Source: an uncultured Candidatus Saccharibacteria bacterium (lineage in GTDB: Bacteria > Patescibacteriota > UBA1384 > JAMDBS01 > DAOVQR01). From it: DNA of 64,000 bases. Shown here piece by piece: positions 1-9,270 of the stretch. Position numbers and translations under genes: made by a program. Under the pieces are notes generated by a model. The model was not told the origin of the DNA, made no database searches, and worked only from the letters and a program-made list of their open reading frames with translations. The DNA is taken from NCBI GenBank assembly GCA_964481135.1, contig CAYZSW010000005.1:28126-92125 (forward strand), given 5' to 3'. Every line of letters starts with the position of its first letter. The stretch's first letter is position 1.

Positions 1-519
1 GGTCGTGGAACAGTAGCTACCGGAAGAATTGAAAGAGGTATTGTAAAAGTTAACGAAGAAGTAGAGGTAGTGGGAATTAAACCAACTAAAAAAACTGTTG
101 TTACTGGTGTAGAAATGTTTAGAAAACTATTAGATGAAGGAAGAGCCGGAGATAATGTTGGATGTTTATTAAGAGGAGTCAATAAAGAAGATATTGAAAG
201 AGGACAAGTTCTTGCAAAACCAGGTTCAATAACACCTCATACCGAATTCGAATCAGAAGTCTATATTCTTTCTAAAGAAGAAGGTGGAAGACATACCCCA
301 TTCTTTAAAGGTTATAAACCTCAATTTTATGTCAGAACTACTGATGTAACAGGAGAAGTTGAACTTCCAGAAAAAACAGAAATGGTTATGCCAGGAGACA
401 CTATAACTTTTAAAGTTAAATTACAAGTACCAGTGGCTATGGAAAAAGGAATGAAATTTGCAATTAGAGAAGGTGGTAAGACGGTCGGAGCAGGAGTAGT
501 AACAAATATTATTAAATAA
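1..519 (+). CDS. tuf: elongation factor Tu, C-terminal part (5' end lies upstream of window)
   Basis: Frame 1 from nt 1 translates [13 protein letters not shown]...[21 protein letters not shown] (EF-Tu domains 2-3); TAA at 517-519; followed by rpsJ as in str/S10 junction. Confidence 0.93.
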   Translation, partial: GRGTVATGRIERGIVKVNEEVEVVGIKPTKKTVVTGVEMFRKLLDEGRAGDNVGCLLRGVNKEDIERGQVLAKPGSITPHTEFESEVYILSKEEGGRHTPFFKGYKPQFYVRTTDVTGEVELPEKTEMVMPGDTITFKVKLQVPVAMEKGMKFAIREGGKTVGAGVVTNIIK

Positions 520-543
520 TATTAGAAAGCAAGAATTAATCTA

Positions 544-876
544 ATGGCAAAACAAACTAAAAAAACTCAAATTAAACAAAAAATTCGTATTCGTCTCAAA
601 GCTTACGATCATCGGATCATTGACAAATCTACTCATAAAATTTTAGACACAGTGCTTCGTTCAGGAGCTAAAGTGATCGGACCGATCCCTTTACCTATTG
701 AAAAAAAGAAAGTTACTGTTTTAAAATCAACTTTTGTTCATAAAGATTCTCGAGAACAGTTTGAACAAAGAATCCATAAGAGATTAATAGATGTGATTGA
801 TCCGACATCAAAGACAATAGATAATTTAATGAGTTTGGATATGCCTGCTGGCGTGTCAATCGAAATCAAAACTTAA
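544..876 (+). CDS. rpsJ: 30S ribosomal protein S10
   Basis: MAKQ...[16 protein letters not shown]...PIPLP motif typical of uS10; position after tuf. Confidence 0.93.
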   Translation: MAKQTKKTQIKQKIRIRLKAYDHRIIDKSTHKILDTVLRSGAKVIGPIPLPIEKKKVTVLKSTFVHKDSREQFEQRIHKRLIDVIDPTSKTIDNLMSLDMPAGVSIEIKT

Positions 877-892
877 TTTATTTAGTTTATAA

Positions 893-926
893 ACAAAAAA
901 GTACTCCTTGCAGAGTATTTTTTTGT
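893..926 (+). terminator. rho-independent terminator-like hairpin after rpsJ
   Basis: aaaaaagtactc-cttgca-gagtattttttt: ~12 bp stem with 6-nt loop followed by T-run. Confidence 0.5.
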
Positions 927-936
927 TTTTATCACC

Positions 937-1006
937 CTTCGCCAGCCCGCCCCGCTTCGCGGAGCGAGGCCGGGAAAAACCCTGTGGTCTTAAGTCACAG
1001 GGAAAT
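937..1006. repeat. GC-rich double-hairpin repeat element, copy A (inverted copy at 38281-38349)
   Basis: ttcgccagcccgccccgcttcgcggagcgaggccggg + ccctgtggtcttaagtcacaggg hairpins; ~93% identical to reverse complement of 38281-38349. Confidence 0.65.
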
Positions 1007-1154
1007 TCATACGAATTTTATATTTTTTTATTAAAACCTTAATTTGTATCAATAATATTTTTAAGTTATAATTAATATTAAATTGTAATGAAAAAATAAA
1101 TTTATGATTATTAACTAGTACTTAAAGCTAACTTAATAAATTTAGGAGGTAAAA

Positions 1155-1316
1155 ATGTCTATTGTTTCAGAATCCGAATACAAAGGTAATCCGATGATTG
1201 TAATTAAAAACAATGAGGAGGATAAATATCCTTTTCAATTCGGAGTTAAAAAAGCTAGGTTAATATTAGAAAATATTGATGAAATTAAAAAATTTGTCGA
1301 TAAATATAATAAATAA
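1155..1316 (+). CDS. small hypothetical protein (53 aa) inserted between rpsJ and rplC
   Basis: ATG 7 nt after perfect SD AGGAGGT; ORF MSIVSESEYKGNPMIVIKNNEEDKYPFQFGVKKARLILENIDEIKKFVDKYNK, TAA stop; below ORF-track size cutoff. Confidence 0.45.
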   Translation: MSIVSESEYKGNPMIVIKNNEEDKYPFQFGVKKARLILENIDEIKKFVDKYNK

Positions 1317-1337
1317 TAGAAAGTTTAATTTTTTAAT

Positions 1338-1530
1338 TCCCCTCTGCGGGATTTCCCGACCATAAAGTCGTGGGATGTTGACGGATTATGCTTCGGAGGG
1401 ATTTTACTTCGAAGTGCTACAAGGGTTCCTTGACCACCTGCCTTGTCTGTCTTGCTTGCCTTGTCGACAGGACAGGTCAGCAGACAGGTCGGTTCGCTTT
1501 GCGAAGCGTGCAGACAGGTAAGGTTGTTGA
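1338..1530. other. GC-rich highly structured island (candidate ncRNA or repeat-derived element)
   Basis: ~55% GC in 30% GC genome; multiple hairpins (cgctt-tgcg-aagcg tetraloop; long imperfect stem ctgccttgtctgtcttgcttgccttgtc/gacaggacaggtcagcagacaggtcgg with gtcgac tip); no ORF. Confidence 0.3.
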
Positions 1531-1579
1531 AACTTCAATAAAAAACATAGTTTAAATTAAAAAAATTTAATATTATTTG

Positions 1580-1608
1580 TTGACAAGATTAAATTAAACT
1601 GTTAAAAT
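1580..1608 (+). promoter_or_regulatory. sigma70-like promoter upstream of rplC (TTGACA-N17-TGtTAAAAT)
   Basis: Near-consensus -35 TTGACA 1580-1585, 17-nt spacer, extended -10 TGtTAAAAT 1600-1608; ~110 nt before rplC start. Confidence 0.5.
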
Positions 1609-1717
1609 TAATATATAAATAAAAATCAATTATACATTTCGATCTGGAAAACTGCCCTTGTTAGTTTAAGGGAGAATGATCTAGATCATATGTTTATTTA
1701 ACCAAAATAATAAATAT

Positions 1718-2323
1718 ATGAAAAATGCGATTATTGGAAAAAAAATTGGTATGACAAGAATTTTTGACAAAGAAGGAAATAGTGTTCCTGTTACTTTAGT
1801 TTATGTAGAACCAGTAGTCGTTACTCAGGTAAAAAAGATAGAAAAAAATGGTTTCTATGCAGTACAAGTTGGCTATCAAAATAAAAAAAATCTCAATAAA
1901 CCAGAAAAGGGACATCTCCAAGAATCAAAAGCTAATTCAAAATACCTAGCAGAGTTTAATGATCTACAAAAAGAATTAAATGTAGGCGATAAAATTAATA
2001 TAGATTGTATAAAAGTAGATGATTTAGTGTCGGTTACAGGAATATCAAAAGGAAAAGGATTCTCCGGAGTTATCAAAAGACATGGTTTTTCTAGAGGTCC
2101 TGAATCTCATGGTTCAGATCATCATAGAGCTCCCGGCTCAATAGGCGGTGGATATCCACAAAGAGTAATCAAGGGAAAAAGAATGGCTGGACGAATGGGT
2201 AATCAAAATATAACTATAAAAAATTTAAAAGTTTTAGATGTAAATTTACAAGATAACACACTGTTGTTAAAAGGTTCAGTTCCAGGACCAAAAAATTCTA
2301 TTTTAAAAATTAAGGTATATTAA
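1718..2323 (+). CDS. rplC: 50S ribosomal protein L3
   Basis: MKNAIIGKKIGMTRIFDKEGN...; uL3 N-terminus and S10-operon position. Confidence 0.93.
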   Translation: MKNAIIGKKIGMTRIFDKEGNSVPVTLVYVEPVVVTQVKKIEKNGFYAVQVGYQNKKNLNKPEKGHLQESKANSKYLAEFNDLQKELNVGDKINIDCIKVDDLVSVTGISKGKGFSGVIKRHGFSRGPESHGSDHHRAPGSIGGGYPQRVIKGKRMAGRMGNQNITIKNLKVLDVNLQDNTLLLKGSVPGPKNSILKIKVY

Positions 2324-3012
2324 TGGTTAATGCAAAATTATACAATTTAGATGCAAAATCAACACAAACCGTGACTTTGGCTGATGATATTTTCAATGTA
2401 TCGTGTAGTGATAATTTGTTGCATCAGGTTATTGTAAGTTTCCAAGCCAATCAGAGAAAATCTTATGCCCACACTAAAGACAGATCTGAGGTTCGTGGTG
2501 GTGGAATAAAACCTTTTAGACAAAAAGGTACCGGTAGAGCAAGAGCTGGTTCTTCTCGTTCGCCAATTTGGTCAGGCGGAGGGACTACTTTTGGTCCTAG
2601 AAATACAGACAATTACTCAAGAAAAATTACAAAGAAAATGCTAAAAAAAGCACTTTCTGTGGCATTGTCATCGAAACTTAAAAATAATTCATTATACATT
2701 GTTGATTTAAGCGATACAAAAGACATAAATACAAAAAAAGCATTAAATTTAATAAAAAATTTTTTACATAAAAATAAAACCTTATTAATACTATTAAATT
2801 CTACATATAAAAACTTAAAATTTTCATTAAGAAATGTGCAAGGTATTAAAATTGTCATGATAGAAAATATTAATTTAATTGATATAGTAAAATTTGATAA
2901 TATAATTATTCCAAAAAGTGTTACAGATGATTTAGAAAAAAATAAAGGTATTAAAAAAGATGCGTTGTTAAATAATAAGAAAAAAAATATTTCTAAAGGT
3001 AAAAAAGAATGA
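2323..3012 (+). CDS. rplD: 50S ribosomal protein L4 (with Lys/Asn-rich C-terminal extension)
   Basis: ...GGGIKPFRQKGTGRARAGSSRSPIWSGGGTTFGP uL4 signature; ATGA overlap with rplC. Confidence 0.9.
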   Translation: MVNAKLYNLDAKSTQTVTLADDIFNVSCSDNLLHQVIVSFQANQRKSYAHTKDRSEVRGGGIKPFRQKGTGRARAGSSRSPIWSGGGTTFGPRNTDNYSRKITKKMLKKALSVALSSKLKNNSLYIVDLSDTKDINTKKALNLIKNFLHKNKTLLILLNSTYKNLKFSLRNVQGIKIVMIENINLIDIVKFDNIIIPKSVTDDLEKNKGIKKDALLNNKKKNISKGKKE

Positions 3013-3293
3013 AGCAAATTTTAATTAAGCCACTTATTACAGAAAAATCAATGCAAATTGTTACAAAAAACAAATATAGTTTTAAAGTAAATAAAAGTGC
3101 TAATAAAGTGCAAATCGCAGATGCAATCAAAAAGCAATACAATGTTGACGCAATTTCTATTCAAACAATTACTGTTAAAGGAAAAATTAAAAATTTTCGA
3201 GGCAAAAAATCTGGTAGAACAAAAGACTTTAAAAAGGCAGTAGTAACTTTGCCAAAAGGTCAGAAAATTGCAGATTTTTCTATCAAAAACTAA
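3009..3293 (+). CDS. rplW: 50S ribosomal protein L23
   Basis: MKQILIKPLITEKS...YSFKVNKSANKVQIADAIKK uL23 pattern; operon order. Confidence 0.9.
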   Translation: MKQILIKPLITEKSMQIVTKNKYSFKVNKSANKVQIADAIKKQYNVDAISIQTITVKGKIKNFRGKKSGRTKDFKKAVVTLPKGQKIADFSIKN

Positions 3294-3305
3294 TTTAAGG
3301 TACAT

Positions 3306-4148
3306 ATGAGTATAAAATATTACAAACCAACAACTTCATCTAGACGCAAAGCCAGTGTTATTTGTGATGCAGTAATTTCCAAAAAAAAGCCAGAAAAATC
3401 ATTAACTGTAAAACTTAAGAAACATGCAGGTCGAGATAATCTAGGTAAAATTAGTGTAAGACACCAAGGAGGAGGTTGTAAAAGAAAATATAGAATAATC
3501 TCATCTTTACAAGATAAAATAAATAGTCAAGCAAAAGTTGTTGCAATTGAATACGATCCAAACAGATCTTCTTTTATTGCTTTAATAAAGTATGAAGACA
3601 ATCAAAAAGCTTATATTATTTGTCCAAATAAAATTAAGATTAATCAAAGCGTTAAGGCATCAGAAACAGGAGATATTGTTATTGGTAATAGGATAAAATT
3701 GAAAAATATTCCAACTGGTACAATAATTCATGACATAGAAATAGTTCCAGGCAAAAGAAGCAGAATGGTTAGAAGTGCTGGAAGTTTTGCGTCGGTAGCT
3801 GCCCTAGCCCAAGGATCCGGGAAAAGAAATAAATATGTTCAAATTAAGTTACCATCAGGTGAAATAAGATTAATCCACGGTGAATGTTTTGCATCAATTG
3901 GGCAAGTAAGTAATCCAAGCCATTCATTAGTAAGAGTTGGGAAAGCTGGTAGAAACAGATTAAAAGGTATAAGACCAACGGTAAGAGGTAAAGCAATGAA
4001 CCCTTGTGATCATCCGCATGGAGGTGGTGAGGGAAATACTTCAATTGGTCTTAAGCACCCTAAAACACCATGGGGGAAACCAGCAATGGGTTATAAAACT
4101 AGAAAAAATTTGCGTACCGATAAATTTATTGTAAAGAGGAGAAAATAA
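3306..4148 (+). CDS. rplB: 50S ribosomal protein L2
   Basis: [14 protein letters not shown]...[13 protein letters not shown] uL2 signature. Confidence 0.94.
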   Translation: MSIKYYKPTTSSRRKASVICDAVISKKKPEKSLTVKLKKHAGRDNLGKISVRHQGGGCKRKYRIISSLQDKINSQAKVVAIEYDPNRSSFIALIKYEDNQKAYIICPNKIKINQSVKASETGDIVIGNRIKLKNIPTGTIIHDIEIVPGKRSRMVRSAGSFASVAALAQGSGKRNKYVQIKLPSGEIRLIHGECFASIGQVSNPSHSLVRVGKAGRNRLKGIRPTVRGKAMNPCDHPHGGGEGNTSIGLKHPKTPWGKPAMGYKTRKNLRTDKFIVKRRK

Positions 4149-4471
4149 TGTCTAGATCAATCAAAAAAGGTCCATGGGTAGATCCAAAAATAATTAAAAA
4201 GACCCAAATTGCAATAAAAAACAACGACACTAAACCAATTAAAACATGGTCTAGAGCTTGTACAATTTCACCAGAAATGGTAGGATTAACATTTGCAGTT
4301 CATAATGGTAAAGAACATATTAGCGTGAAAATTATTGAGGAAATGGTGGGTCATAAATTAGGTGAATTTGCCCCAACACGAAAATTTAGAAAACATGGTG
4401 GTAAGATTGCACGCGACGAAGCTGCTTCTAACGGTGAAACAAAGCCACAACCAGCAGAGAATAAGAAATAA
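4148..4471 (+). CDS. rpsS: 30S ribosomal protein S19
   Basis: [12 protein letters not shown]...[29 protein letters not shown] uS19. Confidence 0.92.
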   Translation: MSRSIKKGPWVDPKIIKKTQIAIKNNDTKPIKTWSRACTISPEMVGLTFAVHNGKEHISVKIIEEMVGHKLGEFAPTRKFRKHGGKIARDEAASNGETKPQPAENKK

Positions 4472-4483
4472 TTAAGGTAATAT

Positions 4484-4870
4484 ATGGATATTATAGTTAA
4501 ATCAAAATACATTAAAACTAGTCCAAGTAAGCTAAGATTGCTAACAAATTTAGTAAAAAATCTTAATGTTAATGACGCTATAGATCAGCTTAATTTTTCT
4601 AATAAGATGATTAAAGATCCTGTAATTCATTTAATCAAATCTGGAATAAGTGCAGCAAAAAACAAAGATTTAGATACAGAAAAGCTATATATCAAATCAA
4701 TTACATGTAATCAAGGGCCTGCATTTAAAAGAATGCAATATAAACCACGAGGCAGGGCAGCAAAAATCAAGAAAAGAACAAGTCATGTAGTTTTAGTGAT
4801 TTCTGATCAAAAGAGTGTCAATAAAAATAAAACAACACAAACTCAGCTAAATAAGGTTAATAAGGAATAA
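4484..4870 (+). CDS. rplV: 50S ribosomal protein L22
   Basis: YIKTSPSKLRLLTNLVKN...RMQYKPRGRAAKIKKRTSHVVLVISD uL22. Confidence 0.9.
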   Translation: MDIIVKSKYIKTSPSKLRLLTNLVKNLNVNDAIDQLNFSNKMIKDPVIHLIKSGISAAKNKDLDTEKLYIKSITCNQGPAFKRMQYKPRGRAAKIKKRTSHVVLVISDQKSVNKNKTTQTQLNKVNKE

Positions 4871-4872
4871 AT

Positions 4873-5577
4873 ATGGGACAAAAAGCTTCACCAATTAGTT
4901 TAAGACTGCCGATAACTAAAGATTGGTCATCAAGATGGTTTTCTGAAAAGAAAATGAGTGATTTTATTGCCGAAGATGATTTAATTAAATCACTTATTAT
5001 TAAAAAAATTGGTTTTCAAGGCGGCATAAATAAAGTAGTTATTAATAGAAGCGCTCAAGAAATTAAAATTATTATTAATACTTCAAAGCCCGGTATTATT
5101 ATTGGTAGAAGTGGTCAAGGCGTTAATGATTTAAAAAAACTTATATCAAATAAAATTATGTCTTTTCGCCAAAAGACAAACCAAATCAAAACCTGGAAAA
5201 TTAAAAATTATTCAAAACCAAAAATTACATTAGATAAAATTGATATTAAGGTAAATGAAATTAGAGAACCAGAAACATACGCAAATTTAGTTGCACAAAA
5301 TATTGCATCCCAAATTGAAAAAAGAGTAGCATATAGAAGAGCAATCAAACAAGCCATTACTAAATCATCTGCAAATAAAAAAGTTTTAGGCATTAAAGTT
5401 TCTGTATCGGGCAGATTGGATGGAGTAGAAATAGCTAGAAACGAAAAGTTCGGAATAGGATCAATCCCTCTTTCTAAATTTAAAAAAACAATTGATTACG
5501 CAAAACAAACTGCGAACACAACTTACGGTGCAGTAGGTATAAAAGTTTGGATATATAAACAGGAAATCAGTGAATAA
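4873..5577 (+). CDS. rpsC: 30S ribosomal protein S3
   Basis: MGQKASPISLRLPITKDWSSRWF... KH domain IIGRSGQGVNDLKK uS3. Confidence 0.93.
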   Translation: MGQKASPISLRLPITKDWSSRWFSEKKMSDFIAEDDLIKSLIIKKIGFQGGINKVVINRSAQEIKIIINTSKPGIIIGRSGQGVNDLKKLISNKIMSFRQKTNQIKTWKIKNYSKPKITLDKIDIKVNEIREPETYANLVAQNIASQIEKRVAYRRAIKQAITKSSANKKVLGIKVSVSGRLDGVEIARNEKFGIGSIPLSKFKKTIDYAKQTANTTYGAVGIKVWIYKQEISE

Positions 5578-5592
5578 TACAAGGAAAAAACA

Positions 5593-6000
5593 ATGTTAAT
5601 TCCCAAGAAATTAAAACATAGAAAACAATATCGAGGCAAAATGAGACAGGTTAGTAAATCTGGCTATTCAATTAGTTTTGGTACCTATGCTCTTAAATCT
5701 GTTGAATCGAGTTGGGTAACTACACGACAAATTGAAGCGGCAAGACGAGCCATGACTAGATTTATGAAGCGCGGCGGTAAGATATGGATAAGAATTTTTC
5801 CTGATAAACCTGTCACACAGCAACCAGCAGAAACAGGCATGGGTGGAGGCAAGGGTGCATTAGATCATTTTGTAGCAGTTGTTGAAGCCGGACGAATTAT
5901 TTTTGAAATTGACGGTGTGGATGAAAAAACGGCTAATGAATCTTTAAGGCTAGCTGCTCAAAAACTCCCATTAAAAACTAAATTTGTTGTTAAGGATTAA
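5593..6000 (+). CDS. rplP: 50S ribosomal protein L16
   Basis: [24 protein letters not shown]...[23 protein letters not shown] uL16. Confidence 0.93.
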   Translation: MLIPKKLKHRKQYRGKMRQVSKSGYSISFGTYALKSVESSWVTTRQIEAARRAMTRFMKRGGKIWIRIFPDKPVTQQPAETGMGGGKGALDHFVAVVEAGRIIFEIDGVDEKTANESLRLAAQKLPLKTKFVVKD

Positions 6001-6001
6001 A

Positions 6002-6205
6002 ATGAAAAGTAAAGAAGAATTAAAAAATTTAAGATCAAAAAGCAATAAAGATCTAACTAAACTTTTACAAGAAAATTATGAAAAGTTGTCCAAAAGTAAA
6101 TTAGAAATTTATTCCAAAAATAATAAGAAATCAGAAAATATCCAAAATATTAGAAAATCTATTGCAAGAATTTGGACAGTTTTAAATGAAAAATCAATTC
6201 AATAA
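6002..6205 (+). CDS. rpmC: 50S ribosomal protein L29
   Basis: MKSKEELKNLRSKSNKDLTKLLQENYEKL uL29; start chosen at ATG 6002 with GGA upstream rather than ORF-track 5984. Confidence 0.85.
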   Translation: MKSKEELKNLRSKSNKDLTKLLQENYEKLSKSKLEIYSKNNKKSENIQNIRKSIARIWTVLNEKSIQ

Positions 6206-6218
6206 AAACGGAAAATTT

Positions 6219-6455
6219 ATGAATAAAAATTTGCAAACAAAATCAGGCAGAGTTATCAGTAACAAAATGAAAAATTGTTTAGTTATTGAGATAGAATCGA
6301 TTTCTTTTCATCCTTTGTATAAAAAACAAATAAAGAAAAATAAAAAATATCATGTGCATTGTGAAGACAATCAAGCTTATCAATTAAACCAAGTAGTTAA
6401 CATCGTACAGTGCAGACCAATTTCAAAAACCATTCGATGGAAGGTAGTAAAATGA
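6219..6455 (+). CDS. rpsQ: 30S ribosomal protein S17
   Basis: ...[29 protein letters not shown]...[12 protein letters not shown] uS17; TGA stop; start ambiguous (6186 or 6219). Confidence 0.85.
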   Translation: MNKNLQTKSGRVISNKMKNCLVIEIESISFHPLYKKQIKKNKKYHVHCEDNQAYQLNQVVNIVQCRPISKTIRWKVVK

Positions 6456-6820
6456 TCCAGATGTATACAAAACTAAATATTGCCGACAACAGTGGAGCCA
6501 AAAAGGCAATGTGTATTAAAGTTATTAAAAAAGGCAATAAGCGGACAGCACAAATTGGCGATATTATTATAGTTAGTGTTAAAGATGCTATTCCTTCGGG
6601 TAATGTAAAGAAAAAATCAGTAAATAAAGCAGTTATTGTTAGACAGTGCTTTCCTTTAAAGAGAAAAAATGGTCAAGTAATTCGTTTTGACGATAATGCA
6701 GTAGTTTTAATAGATGACGAAAAAAATCCAAAAGGTACAAGAATTATCGGACCAGTTGCTCGCGAATTAAAAGTTAAAGGATTTAATAAGATTATTTCAT
6801 TAGCACCTGAAGTTTTATAA
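6452..6820 (+). CDS. rplN: 50S ribosomal protein L14
   Basis: [24 protein letters not shown] uL14 N-terminus; ATGA overlap with rpsQ. Confidence 0.93.
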   Translation: MIQMYTKLNIADNSGAKKAMCIKVIKKGNKRTAQIGDIIIVSVKDAIPSGNVKKKSVNKAVIVRQCFPLKRKNGQVIRFDDNAVVLIDDEKNPKGTRIIGPVARELKVKGFNKIISLAPEVL

Positions 6821-6845
6821 AATTTCAAAATTTTAAGGAATTGAT

Positions 6846-7160
6846 ATGAAAATTAAGAAAAATGATAAAGTGTTGGTTATGAAGGGTAAAGACAGTGGTA
6901 AAACTGGTAAAGTAGAAAAAGTAATACCTAACATTAATAAAATCGTAGTTGCAGGTTTAAATAAATATAAAAGAAGTAGTAAACCGACAAAAGCCAATCC
7001 TCAGGGTGGTATTATGGATATATATGCACCCATTAGTTTAGCTAATGTAAAAATTATCTGCCCAAGATGCAATAAAGCTACTTCAGTTAAATATAATATC
7101 AATCAAAAAAATAAAACTAGAATATGTAAAAAATGCAAAGAAACACTAGAGGTGAAATAA
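6846..7160 (+). CDS. rplX: 50S ribosomal protein L24 (KOW) with C-terminal CxxC...CxxC extension
   Basis: KIKKNDKVLVMKGKDSGKTGKVEKV KOW motif; C-term CPRCN...CKKCK. Confidence 0.88.
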   Translation: MKIKKNDKVLVMKGKDSGKTGKVEKVIPNINKIVVAGLNKYKRSSKPTKANPQGGIMDIYAPISLANVKIICPRCNKATSVKYNINQKNKTRICKKCKETLEVK

Positions 7161-7175
7161 TTTCTGGAGAATTAA

Positions 7176-7742
7176 ATGAATAAATTAAAAGACGAATACA
7201 AAAAAAATATTATACCAAAGATTGTTAAAGATCACAAAATCACAAATGTACATTTGGTGCCTAAGGTTGATAAAGTTGTGATAAATGTTGGAATAGGTAA
7301 AATTAAAGACGATAAAAAAATGGTAAATATGATTAAATCCGATGTAGCAGCAATTACCGGTCAAAAACCTTTAGAATGTCAATCCAAAAAAGCAATATCT
7401 GGTTTTAAACTTAGACAAGGCGATGTGGTAGGTATTTCAGTAACACTCAGAGGTAAGAAAATGTATGATTTTATTGAAAAATTAATTCATGTTGCTTTGC
7501 CACGCGTTAGGGATTTTAAAGGTATAGATGAGAAAAAATTTGATAAGCAGGGTAATCTAAATATTGGAATAAAAGAACATATTATTTTTCCTGAAATTAA
7601 ATACGAAGATGTTGAGAAAATTTACAGCATTCAAATTACCATAGTAACTAACACCAATGATCCAAAACTAGCAAAAGCATTGATAGAAAGTTTTGGCTTT
7701 CCTTTTAAGAAAAAAAATACACAAACTAAATATAATAAATAA
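7176..7742 (+). CDS. rplE: 50S ribosomal protein L5
   Basis: [34 protein letters not shown] uL5. Confidence 0.92.
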   Translation: MNKLKDEYKKNIIPKIVKDHKITNVHLVPKVDKVVINVGIGKIKDDKKMVNMIKSDVAAITGQKPLECQSKKAISGFKLRQGDVVGISVTLRGKKMYDFIEKLIHVALPRVRDFKGIDEKKFDKQGNLNIGIKEHIIFPEIKYEDVEKIYSIQITIVTNTNDPKLAKALIESFGFPFKKKNTQTKYNK

Positions 7743-7764
7743 TTTACACCTAACCGGAGCAAAT

Positions 7765-7950
7765 ATGGCTAAAAAAGCTTTAATAGAAAAAGCAAACAGA
7801 AAACCAAAATACAGGACAAGAATTATAAGACGCTGTTCAAAGTGTGGCAGAATTCATGGTTATTTGAGAAAATATGGATTGTGTCGAATTTGTTTTAGAG
7901 AAAAAGTCAATAAAGGTGAAATTCCTGGTGTAATTAAGTCATCTTGGTAA
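7765..7950 (+). CDS. rpsN: 30S ribosomal protein S14 type Z (zinc-binding)
   Basis: [46 protein letters not shown]; start at ATG 7765. Confidence 0.9.
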   Translation: MAKKALIEKANRKPKYRTRIIRRCSKCGRIHGYLRKYGLCRICFREKVNKGEIPGVIKSSW

Positions 7951-7964
7951 AATATAGGAGTATT

Positions 7965-8345
7965 ATGATAACCGATCCAATTTCAGATATGTTAACAAGA
8001 ATAAGAAATGCCCAATTAGTTGGCGCTAGTGAAACCAAAGTAGCTACTTCAAAATTTAAAGTTGCAACTCTTAAAGTACTGAAAGAAAATGATTATATTA
8101 GTGATTTTATTATTAAAGATAAAGAAATAATTATTAAATTAAATTATATCAGCAATAAACCAAAAATTAATAAAATTCAAAAAATTAGTAAGCCAGGCTT
8201 AAGAATATATACAAAAAGCAAAAAGATGCCTAAAGTTTTGCAAGGTTTCGGCATGTTAATTGTTTCAACCCCTCAAGGAGTTATGTCTGGCAAAGAAGCC
8301 CGTAGTAAAAATCTAGGTGGTGAAATAATTTGTAAAATATATTAA
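7965..8345 (+). CDS. rpsH: 30S ribosomal protein S8
   Basis: MITDPISDMLTRIRNAQ uS8 N-terminus; GGAG SD upstream. Confidence 0.92.
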   Translation: MITDPISDMLTRIRNAQLVGASETKVATSKFKVATLKVLKENDYISDFIIKDKEIIIKLNYISNKPKINKIQKISKPGLRIYTKSKKMPKVLQGFGMLIVSTPQGVMSGKEARSKNLGGEIICKIY

Positions 8346-8355
8346 AAGGATTTGT

Positions 8356-8907
8356 ATGTCTAGAATAGGAAGAAAAAATATTTTAATTTCAGATAAAGTT
8401 GATGTTCAATATGAAAACAATATTGTTACTGTTAAAGGTCCAAAAGGTGAATTAAGTTTGGAATTACACCCCAAGGTTTCTATTGAAATTAAAGATAAAT
8501 ATGTTGCAGTTATTAAAAAAACGAACGATAAATTATCAAGGTCTTTATACGGATTAACGCAAAGGTTAATAAGCAACATGGTATCTGGTGTAGTAGAAGG
8601 TTTTGAAAAAAAACTTGAAGTTAAGGGTGTTGGATACAGAACAGAATTAAAAGGTAAAAATTTAGTGTTGCATGTAGGTTATTCTCATCCTGTTGAAATT
8701 ACTATACCCGAAGGTTTAGAAGTTAAAGTACAAAAAAATATAATATCAGTTTCAGGTATTGATAAACAAAAAGTTGGTCAATTCGCAGCAAATATTAGAC
8801 AAGTAAGAAAACCTGAACCATATAAAGGCAAGGGTATCAGATATCAAGACGAGATAGTTAGAAGAAAATCTGGTAAAACTGCCAAAACAGCAACTGCTGG
8901 AGCATAA
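8356..8907 (+). CDS. rplF: 50S ribosomal protein L6
   Basis: MSRIGRKNILISDKVDVQYENNIVTVKGPKGEL uL6. Confidence 0.92.
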   Translation: MSRIGRKNILISDKVDVQYENNIVTVKGPKGELSLELHPKVSIEIKDKYVAVIKKTNDKLSRSLYGLTQRLISNMVSGVVEGFEKKLEVKGVGYRTELKGKNLVLHVGYSHPVEITIPEGLEVKVQKNIISVSGIDKQKVGQFAANIRQVRKPEPYKGKGIRYQDEIVRRKSGKTAKTATAGA

Positions 8908-8909
8908 TT

Positions 8910-9260
8910 ATGAATAAAAAAATTTCAATAAGACAAAGAAAAATTAATAAAAGAAGATCTAAAATTGTTGGTAGTAATGAAATCCCTAGATTGTCAATTT
9001 TTAGAAGTAATAAATATATTAAAGCACAGCTTATAGACGACAGCACTAGTAAAACAATACTCTATATAGATCAAAAAAAATTTCCTAAAACAAAAGATAT
9101 TTCAAATATGGAATATTCTTATGAGTCAGGAATAAAGCTGGGAAAAGAAATTTTGAATAAAAAAATTTCGAAAATTAAATTTGATAGTAGATGGTATAAG
9201 TATCATGGAAAAGTTAAAAAATTTGCAGATGGACTAAGAAAAGCAGGCGTAAATTTTTAA
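8910..9260 (+). CDS. rplR: 50S ribosomal protein L18
   Basis: RLSIFRSNKYIKAQLIDD uL18 pattern. Confidence 0.88.
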   Translation: MNKKISIRQRKINKRRSKIVGSNEIPRLSIFRSNKYIKAQLIDDSTSKTILYIDQKKFPKTKDISNMEYSYESGIKLGKEILNKKISKIKFDSRWYKYHGKVKKFADGLRKAGVNF

Positions 9261-9270
9261 AGGAATAATA

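Noticed and set aside
1338-1530. Assignment of the GC island to a named RNA (6S, SRP, tmRNA, RNase P)
   Set aside because: It is too short for RNase P or tmRNA, and I could not find the conserved SRP domain IV or 6S bubble motifs by eye. It is left as an unclassified structured element.
2613-3305. Antisense ORFs (2613-3017-, 3048-3305-, and similar ones at 9954-10268-, 16408-16806-, 31994-32332-, 39533-39814-)
   Set aside because: They lie fully inside well-supported genes on the opposite strand. Their Phe/Leu/Ile-rich low-complexity translations are typical of AT-rich antisense frames.
6453-6455. Alternative genetic code (UGA recoding, code 25) as seen in some CPR lineages
   Set aside because: Full-length conserved genes terminate at TGA (e.g. 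rpsQ at 6453-6455) and ribosomal proteins have normal lengths, so the standard bacterial code applies. The TAA at 25831 is therefore not explained by recoding.
5984-7964. Upstream-extended starts from the ORF track for rpmC (5984), rplN (6410), rpsN (7693), rpsH (7944) and rplM (16998)
   Set aside because: The extensions overlap the preceding gene and add non-conserved residues. Internal ATGs with SD-like sequences reproduce the canonical N-termini.
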